Below, in pieces: positions 9,428 through 16,668 of a stretch of DNA of 32,000 nucleotides. Under the pieces are notes generated by a model. It saw only the letters and a program-made list of their open reading frames with translations, was not told where the DNA came from and ran no database searches. Made by a program: the position numbers and the translations under genes. Source of the DNA: Gemmata obscuriglobus (GTDB lineage Bacteria; Planctomycetota; Planctomycetia; Gemmatales; Gemmataceae); contig NZ_CP042911.1 in assembly GCF_008065095.1 (NCBI RefSeq), positions 6,180,001 to 6,212,000 of the forward strand, in the 5' to 3' direction. Each line of letters opens with the position of its first letter. Positions within the stretch are counted from its first letter, which is position 1.

Positions 9428-9491
9428 GTGGCACAGACATTCCTGTCTGTGCAGCCTTCTCGCGCCACACAGACAAGAATGTCTGTGCCAC
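9428..9491. repeat. nested palindrome: 24-bp stem (1 mismatch) around a 16-nt loop, each arm itself an 8-bp-stem hairpin
   Basis: GTGGCACAGACATTCCTGTCTGTG (9428-9451) pairs with CACAGACAAGAATGTCTGTGCCAC (9468-9491). The unit CACAGACA-N4-TGTCTGTG occurs twice. Confidence 0.8.
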
Positions 9492-9886
9492 AAGAAACAG
9501 ACACGACCACCTGAACAGCGAAACCGTGACACCGGAGCATGCGCCCGGCTCGGAGCAACGGAGCGCTGGCTCCCCCCGGCGGCGCGCACGCAACCCCCTA
9601 CCAAACTGATGGCACCGACCGCAGCCGGTAACGCAAGCCGAGTGAAATACCACCGCCAGCGACAAGAGGACGTTTCAGCCGTATCGAGCGTCGCAGCGGG
9701 GCACTCGTTCGGCCGCCGACTTTACTTCTTCCCGCTGAAAACTGCGGGGCGAGTGAGCGTGCGCGCCGGAATGCGATTTCCGCGGAACGCGTGGCGTGCC
9801 GAAAACTCGCACAGCATTACTGAAATGCCGTCGGAGGGCCTTCCCGTCTGCCCTTGCTTGCACGCGGCGACACCAAGCCAAGCAGC

Positions 9887-10008
9887 GTGATCGTTCACGG
9901 GGTTAACCACCGGAAGCCAGCGTTTTTGCGAGATTGTGGAGCATTCTTGGCCCCAATCGTCATCACCGGCTCCTTGAAAAACGAGGCGTTGACCCCGTGA
10001 ACCGTTAC
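9887..10008. mobile_element. 122-bp MITE-like element bounded by IS66-type inverted repeats
   Basis: Left end GTGATCGTTCACGGGGTTAAC. Reverse complement of right end GTAACGGTTCACGGGGTCAAC. Both resemble the left terminus of the neighbouring IS (GTAACCGTTCACGGGGT). No coding capacity and no clear TSD. Confidence 0.5.
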
Positions 10009-10153
10009 GATTATTCTCTGACACTGGCGAGCGAACAGAGCCGAGAATTAGCCTGGGCCGTTCTCTAAAGCCGGGCCTTACAGAGACGCGGTGGTTTTCG
10101 CTTTCAATCGCATTGCAGCTACCACATAAATTTCACCCCGAACACAACCCAAT

Positions 10154-10342
10154 ATGCATTCAATTAAAAAACATATATTACTTATTACTATTGCGTTAAC
10201 CTGCCTGCCGGCTGCCGCAACGAGCGTCATCACCCAAGATAATGGCAAGGCGGACGTGAGTGATCAGCCACCACGCCAGTCTGCCGATGTCTTTCTTGAC
10301 CGAAACGGCATCGAGGGCGCACGAGGGTTTGGTTTTTCGTAA
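10154..10342 (+). pseudogene. 5' fragment of IS-disrupted gene for a secreted protein (signal peptide plus about 40 aa)
   Basis: AT-rich ORF MHSIKKHILLITIALTCLPAAATSV... runs into the IS66 left end. Its reading frame continues exactly in the ORF at 11936-12601 once the IS and one TSD copy are removed. Confidence 0.8.
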
Positions 10343-11935
10343 CCGTTCACGGGGTGCGGGCCGTGCATTTTCCAGGCCTTTGTGACTCGATTCTGCGCGG
10401 GGTTGCCTCAAGAGCCGGTGTTCCGTAATCGAACGGACGCGATGACATCTGTTCCTCAACCGCCGGAGCTACCGAGTGACCTGCCGCCAGCGGTGGTGGC
10501 GTACATTCGTGCGCTGGAAGCGACGGTTGCGCAGTTGCAGGCCACGGTCGCGGCTCTCCAGGTCACGGTGGCCGACCTTCAGACCCGGCTCAACCAGAAT
10601 TCCAGCAACTCGTCGAAACCGCCCTCGTCGGATGGTCCGCAGGTGAAGCCGGCCCCGCCCAAGAGTCCCTCGGGGAAGCGGCGCGGCGGTCAATCGGGGC
10701 ACCCCAAGGCCGAGCGCACCGTGCTGCCGCCCGACACGGTCCACACCCTCAAACCGGACACCTGCCGCGGGTGTGCGTGCCCACTCACCGGGGACGACCC
10801 GAACCCGTCGATTCACCAGGTGCATGAGATCCCGGTCGTCCGGCCGCAGGTGACCGAGTATCGGTGCCATCGGCTCCGGTGCCCGCACTGCGGCGCCGTG
10901 ACGACCGCACCGGTGCCCGCCGACGCGGCTCCCGGGTACGGTCCCCGGGTCCAGGCGGTGGCCGCCATGCTCACCGGTTCGTGCCGCCTGGGCAAGCGGG
11001 TGGTGAGCCAACTGTTCGACGACCTGTTCGGGTTGCCCATCCGTCCGGCCACGGTGTGCAAACTCCAGCACACGACCGCGGCGGCTCTGGCCCCGGTGGC
11101 CGAAGCGGCTCTCGCGTACACCCGCGGGCACCCGGCGAACGTGGACGAAACGGGCTGGACGCAAGGGCGCCAGCGGGCCTGGTTGTGGGTCGCGGTGAGC
11201 ACCTCGGTGGTCGCATTCCTGATCCGCGCCACCCGGGGCCGGAGCGCGTTCGACGACCTGCGGGACGGGTCCGCCCAGGTCCACACGACCGATCGGTATC
11301 CGGTGTACACGCATCTGCCGGTGCATCGGCGCCAGGTGTGCTGGGCGCACCTGCGGCGGGACTTCCAGGCGATGATCGATCGGGGCAACGACGGATCCCC
11401 GATCGGGGCCGCCCTGTTGGCCTGTTCCGACGAACTGTTCGGGCACTGGTTCCGGGTGCGGGACGGGACGTTAGCCCGGTCCACGTTCGCTCGCGTGTAC
11501 GCCCGCGCCGTGCGGGCCCGGTTCCGCACGCACCTGGGGCACGGGGGCCGGTGCGGGTGCCCCAAGACCGGGGCCGTGTGCCGCGAGCTGTTGGCGGTGG
11601 AGCCGGCCCTGTGGACGTTCGCACGCGTGGGCGGGGTGGAACCGACCAACAACGCGGCCGAGCGGGCCCTGCGTCACGCCGTGTGCTGGCGCAAGACCAG
11701 CTACGGCACCGACTCCGAACGCGGTAGCCGGTTCGTGGAGCGGATCCTCACGGTCCTGGCCTCGTGTCGCCGGCAGGGCCGCAACGTGCTCGCATTCCTC
11801 ACCGACGCCGTCACCGCACACCGTACCGGGGCAAAGCCACCAACACTGATCCCGGTCCCGGCTCAACAACCACCGATGATGAACCCAACTTTCGCTGGCT
11901 GTTGAGATACACCCGCATCAACTGTGAACGCTTAC
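10339..11935 (+). mobile_element. IS66-family insertion sequence, single-ORF type, 1597 bp
   Basis: Termini GTAACCGTTCAC... (10339) and ...GTGAACGCTTAC (11935; reverse complement GTAAGCGTTCAC). Flanked by a perfect 8-bp direct repeat GGTTTTTC (10331-10338 and 11936-11943). Confidence 0.92.
10442..11905 (+). CDS. IS66-family transposase
   Basis: N-terminal Leu-zipper-like LEATVAQLQATVAALQVTVADLQTRL. Zinc-finger cysteines CRGCACPL...CHRLRCPHCG. DDE region NVDETGW, TTDRYPVY, PTNNAAERALR. ATG at 10442; the track ORF starts at 10382. Confidence 0.92.
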   Translation: MTSVPQPPELPSDLPPAVVAYIRALEATVAQLQATVAALQVTVADLQTRLNQNSSNSSKPPSSDGPQVKPAPPKSPSGKRRGGQSGHPKAERTVLPPDTVHTLKPDTCRGCACPLTGDDPNPSIHQVHEIPVVRPQVTEYRCHRLRCPHCGAVTTAPVPADAAPGYGPRVQAVAAMLTGSCRLGKRVVSQLFDDLFGLPIRPATVCKLQHTTAAALAPVAEAALAYTRGHPANVDETGWTQGRQRAWLWVAVSTSVVAFLIRATRGRSAFDDLRDGSAQVHTTDRYPVYTHLPVHRRQVCWAHLRRDFQAMIDRGNDGSPIGAALLACSDELFGHWFRVRDGTLARSTFARVYARAVRARFRTHLGHGGRCGCPKTGAVCRELLAVEPALWTFARVGGVEPTNNAAERALRHAVCWRKTSYGTDSERGSRFVERILTVLASCRRQGRNVLAFLTDAVTAHRTGAKPPTLIPVPAQQPPMMNPTFAGC

Positions 11936-12601
11936 GGTTTTTCGTTTACAGTTTCGGGCCAGTGCGATGCTAACGGCGCTTTGGAGTTTGTTAAGTTGGA
12001 CTATAAGGGCGGGCAATTCATCTCGATCTGCGACACCGCGCTCGGTGCGACGTTTGTCAGCGAGATCTTGAACCGCGTCGGTAACGGCACAGTGCCAGTC
12101 GGTGCCGCCCTGCCCGCTCTCGAACTCAACTCCAAAGAGGAGCGGTTCCTTTCGATCCCGACGGCATCTTCCCTCCAGGCCGAGAAGATCGCAGGAGGCG
12201 GCAAGAGCGGTAAAAAAGACGGATTCAAGATCATGGTGCCGTGGTCGCTCAATACAGTCGTACAGAACAAGGTCGGCGTCCAAGGCTACACCGGCGTAAA
12301 GCTGACGCAGGATCTCTTGGACGCGATGAATGATCCGGCGAAGCAAGATGAAGTCATGAGGCGGCTCGGTGGGCTGAAAGCCACCACTAACAAGTTGGTC
12401 GGCGGCTCGCTGACGATCTACATGGTGCAAGGGGAATACAAGCTGGTCGTTGATGCCGGTGAAGGGCTCGCGAACAGCGGCTGGATGACGAGTCAATCGA
12501 ACGAAGTTGTAGATTTATTTCCCGTTCGCAAGGATGACCCAAGTTCCGAACTTAAAGGAGCGCAGTTGAGAGTGATGTGGAAGGCAAACACTTCAAAGTG
12601 A
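11924..12601 (+). pseudogene. 3' fragment (about 218 aa) of the IS-disrupted secreted-protein gene
   Basis: The track ORF start lies inside the IS right IR. Native sequence resumes at the TSD (GFSFTVSGQCDANG...). GC is lower than in surrounding genes. No family recognised. Confidence 0.8.
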
Positions 12602-12812
12602 GAAGCGGGGCAACCGCGCGGGATCAGCGCACGTGACCTCCATCAGTACGTTGTCGTCTAGCTGGTGGCGCACAACAAGGTTGCCGGCACGAGCCGCTGT
12701 CGCGTTAGCCGGGCCGGTCCGTTTCCAGTTGGTGGGATCGGACCGGCACCGGTCGCGCGTTCGACAGGTGCCACTTACCGCGCCCGCCCCCTACCAGAGC
12801 TGATGGCAGCGG

Positions 12813-13100
12813 TCACAGCCGCTTCGGCCCAGCCGGTCGAACTAGGCGATCGCCGTCGTGGTGAGGTGCCCCAAAGGGATAGCTACCAGGCACAGGGTCA
12901 AACCCCACCAGCGGGTACGAAAGCCCTTGCCCACACGCCACACAATACCCAAACCCAACCGGGCGGTTGGCGTTCATGTCGAAGGTGACATCAATGATGT
13001 GTTTACTGAGAGTCGTCTGGCCGCGCCCGCGCAACGTGTTCGGCGGGAACTTCGGCTCCAGGATCGGCCATTGATCGGCGGCCACATCGCGGTTATACAA
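12813..13100 (-). pseudogene. possible degenerate N-terminal fragment of an IS4/IS5-type (DUF4096-like) transposase
   Basis: DQWPILEPKFPPNTLRGRG resembles the (D/E)(E/Q)W..IEPLLPP...RGRP opening of IS5-group transposases. Similarity decays afterwards and there is no DDE domain. Confidence 0.25.
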
Positions 13101-13197
13101 ATCGCAACCCGCTGCATTCGCAAATAATTACATATTAGCAATATTATTAAATCACACGCTCTAGATATCACGAATTCATCTGCGTTACCCCGTACCC

Positions 13198-13893
13198 ATG
13201 CGTGGGCAGCGCCTAATCCCACGGAGGATGGCTGTGGTCAATGAGATCGTTGTGGCGAGCCTTATCGTAACCGGGACCGCATTCCAGGCTGACCCCGACG
13301 TTAAGAAGTTGGAGGCGGCCTGTGCGTGGCACTTGAGTAACTTCGAAGCGGGCGGGCCGGACTACTGCGAGATCGCACGCCAACTTGCACGAGACAAGAA
13401 GTGGGACTCGATCCAAGTAGTCTTCGCCAGGGGGCGGTGCAACAAGTTCCAGGCCGAGCTCGCCCGAGAGATCGTCTCCGTATCGTCCGGTGCCGACGCC
13501 GTCATGTTCCTCAAAACCCTCACGGAGGGGAGTCGCGCGTGGCACCTCGGGGCTCTCCACGTTCCGAAGAACCCGGACGCGGCGGTGTCAGCGTACTTAA
13601 AGGAGGTCGTGAGGGATAAAGGTCCGGAGGCCCGGGCAACGTGTTACGCCGTGTGCCAGGAGCGGAAGTGGCCGGATTTGCTCGAACAGGCACGCACCGA
13701 CTCCATGAGTACGGAGCGGTATAGCCTCGACGCGGGATTTAAGGTTTGGAGCTTCGCACTGGCCGACGCGGCGAAGTCTTACCGGGTCGAGTTGGGCGAC
13801 CTACCAAAGGATACGCCAATCACACGCCCCCAGGTGCGTAGCCTCGTTCCGCCTCGTTTACCGGGGCAGCCACTCTTTCCACCCTCGAAATAA
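13198..13893 (+). CDS. hypothetical protein (alternative start at 13228)
   Basis: 231-aa ORF with balanced composition, following an AT-rich tract (13110-13195). Hydrophobic N-terminus IVVASLIVTGTAF. No motif recognised. Confidence 0.55.
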   Translation: MRGQRLIPRRMAVVNEIVVASLIVTGTAFQADPDVKKLEAACAWHLSNFEAGGPDYCEIARQLARDKKWDSIQVVFARGRCNKFQAELAREIVSVSSGADAVMFLKTLTEGSRAWHLGALHVPKNPDAAVSAYLKEVVRDKGPEARATCYAVCQERKWPDLLEQARTDSMSTERYSLDAGFKVWSFALADAAKSYRVELGDLPKDTPITRPQVRSLVPPRLPGQPLFPPSK

Positions 13894-14115
13894 CCACCCG
13901 AGAATGACCGGCCCTCTTTGGAAACTTGAGGTTGGGGCCGGTGTCGGATAAAGCTGATGAAGCCGCCGAGCGCCGGAGCCATCACGCCACTTGGCAGCGC
14001 GCACGCGCCCCCTTCCGCCGTTCTATTCCGGAGGCATCGGCCCGGATACCATTCGCCAAGCGAGGCCCACGCCCCTGCCGCCCCGCATCGGTAGGGGCCA
14101 GTCCGAGGAGCAGTG

Positions 14116-14382
14116 ATGCGAACGATGCCGTTCCAGGAGCCGGCCCGACTGCTGTTTCATCTCAGCGGCGTCTCCCGTGTCGTGCTGGAGCGATTCGAAG
14201 GGAATGGCATGGCGGGCGGCGGCGAGTGGGACATACCCACAGAACTGATACCGCACGAATTGCGGGCGCCAGGTGCCCGCTTCCTTCTCGTCGGCCAGTT
14301 CGTGCGACCCGAGACGGGCGACACGGCGGCTGAACTCCGGGAGGCCGTTCGCACACTGCGAGTTGAGGCGATCGGAGAGTAA
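14116..14382 (+). CDS. small hypothetical protein (88 aa)
   Basis: GAGGAG (14105-14110) lies 5 nt upstream of the ATG at 14116. GC3-biased frame. Competing frames are Arg-rich. Confidence 0.5.
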   Translation: MRTMPFQEPARLLFHLSGVSRVVLERFEGNGMAGGGEWDIPTELIPHELRAPGARFLLVGQFVRPETGDTAAELREAVRTLRVEAIGE

Positions 14383-14391
14383 ATAGAGCTA

Positions 14392-14480
14392 TTTCAGGTA
14401 ATACGTCGCGGCCCTGTGGCCATCAGTGTTTTGGAAACTGGGCGTTGAACGCTCCACAATCCGCTACGTATTACCTGAAA
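14392..14480. repeat. 15-bp perfect inverted repeat with 59-nt spacer between convergent genes
   Basis: TTTCAGGTAATACGT (14392-14406) and ACGTATTACCTGAAA (14466-14480). The spacer contains small palindromes GGCCctgtGGCC and GCGTTgAACGC. Confidence 0.75.
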
Positions 14481-14549
14481 ATGTACCAGCCGGCGGTGCC
14501 AGGTGCAGCGCCCGGTTCGGCTTGCCTTGTTCTCGCAACTCGACCAGTT

Positions 14550-15023
14550 CTACTCTCCCGACTCGGCCAGGATGACGACCTCTTGCCGCTGACGCGCAAG
14601 AACCGCGAGGCGGCACAACTCGCCCACCACTTCGGCAGCGACCTCTGCATTCCGGGACCAGAAGAACTCCGGGTGGGCCTGCCACTGCGCGGCTATCGAG
14701 CTGCGGTCCGCCACGCTCATTTCAGCCAACCGCTCGACGAAGTCTGGCGGGAAGGTGGAGACGAGGAACAGCAACCCACCGTCTTCGTCATCGACCAATT
14801 CGGCCGACTCCTCATCGGCCGAGTCGGCCTCGACCTGCTGCTCGAACTGCTGCCAAGTGCTTTCACCTGCCACACCCCGTAGTAGGTCGTACAAGGTCGC
14901 GACCTGGAACACGTCGACCCTATTGATGTGGTAGTGCGGCCACCGCTCCGACCCGCCCATCGAGCGCGCAGCGGCGCCAGCTTCCGCTGGGGGCACTACG
15001 TAGAAGTCGGCGAACTTCCCCAC
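14550..15023 (-). CDS. acidic hypothetical protein (157 aa) immediately downstream of the pump genes
   Basis: GTG start at 15023 with GGGAGG 7 nt upstream. Lies 61 bp after the MFS gene stop on the same strand. Contains the acidic tract EADSADEESAELVDDEDGG. No family recognised. Confidence 0.6.
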   Translation of the reverse strand: MGKFADFYVVPPAEAGAAARSMGGSERWPHYHINRVDVFQVATLYDLLRGVAGESTWQQFEQQVEADSADEESAELVDDEDGGLLFLVSTFPPDFVERLAEMSVADRSSIAAQWQAHPEFFWSRNAEVAAEVVGELCRLAVLARQRQEVVILAESGE

Positions 15024-15084
15024 CGTGCATCCTCCCTTGGCTGAACAGAATCACGGCTGTGGAACGTCGGAACCGGATGTGGGC

Positions 15085-16668
15085 TCACTCGGCCGCAAGG
15101 TGCGCGCCCTTCTCGGCAACGGAGCGGCGCATCAGCAGTGCGAGCCCGATCAGCGCGACGGCGACCACCGCGAACACCCAGAACACGTCGAAGTACGCCA
15201 GCGACAGCGCCTGCTGTTGGCGGAGGTTCTCGACGAGCTGGTAGCTCACGGCGTCCGCGCCGGCCGAATCGCCCGTGAGCGGTTGGAGGCTCGACCGCAG
15301 CCCCGTCAGGAAGTCCCGGAGGTTCGGGTTCAGCGGGTCCAGGTAGTCGTTCAGGTGCTCCAGGTGGAACTGCACCCGCCGCTCCCGGATCGTCTGGGCC
15401 AGCGACGTGCCCACGCTCCCGCCCTCGTTCCGAACCAAGCTGAACAGCCCGACCGCCGCCCCGCGCAGGTGCAGTGGGATGTTCTGGTACACGGCCACGT
15501 TCAGCGGGGTGACCAGCAGCGCCAGCCCGGCGATCGTAATGACCCGCGGCCACACCACGTCCCACGGCCCGATGTCCAGGTTCATCCGGCTCAGCCAGTA
15601 GTTCCCGGCCGCCATGAGCGTGAGGCCGGTCACCACCAGCAACCGCGCGTCGGTCCCGCGGCCGAGGAGGAACGCCACGATCGGCAACAGGGCGATGGCC
15701 GCCACGCCCGCCGGCGACAGGACCAGCCCCGAGTGCGTGGCGTCGTACCCGAACAGGGTCTGGAGCAGCGCGGGCAGCGAGTTCGTTTGGCCGTACAGGA
15801 CGGCGTACGCGCACCCGATGGCGACCGCCCCGACCGCGAAGTTGCGGTCCGCCAGCGGGCGGAAATCGACGAGCGGGTGCGGACGGCGCAGCTCCCACAC
15901 CACCAGCCCCGCCAGCCCCGCGAGGAACAGGGCGCTTAGCACCTGGACCCGGTAGAACGGGTCGCCGAACCAGTCCCACTCCTGCCCCTTACTGAGCACG
16001 ACCTCCCAGCTCGCCATCACGACCACCAGCAGGCCCAGGCCGATCCCGTCGAACCCCGACCGATGTTTCCGCCCCTCCGCGCGCTGCTCGATCAGGTACG
16101 GCGGGTCTTCAACCAATGCGGCACACGCGGCCAGCGCGAGGAGCCCGACGGGAACGTTGATGAAGAAGATCCAGCGCCACGAATAGTTGTCGGTGATGTA
16201 CCCGCCGAGCGTCGGGCCGATCACCGGGGCCACCAGGGCGGCGATCGCGAAGACGGTCAGCCCCTGCCCCTGCTTCTCTTTCGGGAACGCATCGAGCAGG
16301 ATGCCCTGCGTGCCCGGCTGCAACCCGCCGCCGAACAGCCCCTGTAAGATCCGGCACAGCACCAGTTGATCGAGGCTCGTCGCCAGCCCGCACAGCAGCG
16401 AGCTGAGGGTGAACCCGGCCACCGAAGTGAGGAAGTAGTTGCGCCGGCCGAACCGGGCCATCAGCCACCCCGACATCGGCAGGACGATCGCGTTCGCCGC
16501 CAGGTAGCTGGTAATCACCCACTCGCTGTCCACCTCGGCCGCGGACAGCCCGCCGGCCATGTACCGCAACGCGACGTTGGCGATGGTGGTGTCAAGCACC
16601 TCCATGAACGTCGGGATCACGACCGCCACCGCCACGAACCAGTGGTTCACCTTCCGCGGCGCACTCAT
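15085..16668 (-). CDS. DHA2-family MFS efflux transporter (EmrB/QacA type, 14-TM)
   Basis: 527 aa. N-terminal FMEVLDTTIANVALRYMAGGL, WVITSYLAANAIVLPMSGWLMARFGRR and LCRILQGLFGGGLQP are typical EmrB/QacA motifs. Many TM segments. Confidence 0.9.
   Translation of the reverse strand: MSAPRKVNHWFVAVAVVIPTFMEVLDTTIANVALRYMAGGLSAAEVDSEWVITSYLAANAIVLPMSGWLMARFGRRNYFLTSVAGFTLSSLLCGLATSLDQLVLCRILQGLFGGGLQPGTQGILLDAFPKEKQGQGLTVFAIAALVAPVIGPTLGGYITDNYSWRWIFFINVPVGLLALAACAALVEDPPYLIEQRAEGRKHRSGFDGIGLGLLVVVMASWEVVLSKGQEWDWFGDPFYRVQVLSALFLAGLAGLVVWELRRPHPLVDFRPLADRNFAVGAVAIGCAYAVLYGQTNSLPALLQTLFGYDATHSGLVLSPAGVAAIALLPIVAFLLGRGTDARLLVVTGLTLMAAGNYWLSRMNLDIGPWDVVWPRVITIAGLALLVTPLNVAVYQNIPLHLRGAAVGLFSLVRNEGGSVGTSLAQTIRERRVQFHLEHLNDYLDPLNPNLRDFLTGLRSSLQPLTGDSAGADAVSYQLVENLRQQQALSLAYFDVFWVFAVVAVALIGLALLMRRSVAEKGAHLAAE

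Noticed and set aside
9677-9712. AGCCGTATCGAGCG...CTCGTTCGGC, superficially like group II intron domain V
   Set aside because: It lacks the GTACGG closing strand, the AC bulge geometry and the GNRA loop. There is no reverse transcriptase ORF or other intron domains nearby.
9195-9890. 231-aa ORF in the non-coding gap
   Set aside because: Arg/Cys/Pro-rich implausible composition. It reads straight through the nested palindrome, producing mirror peptides such as WHRHSCLCS and HRQECLCH. No start context is present.
14445-14882. 145-aa plus-strand ORF overlapping the 157-aa minus-strand gene
   Set aside because: It has no ribosome-binding site and its start lies inside the inverted repeat. The minus-strand frame has GGGAGG-N7-GTG and a more protein-like composition.
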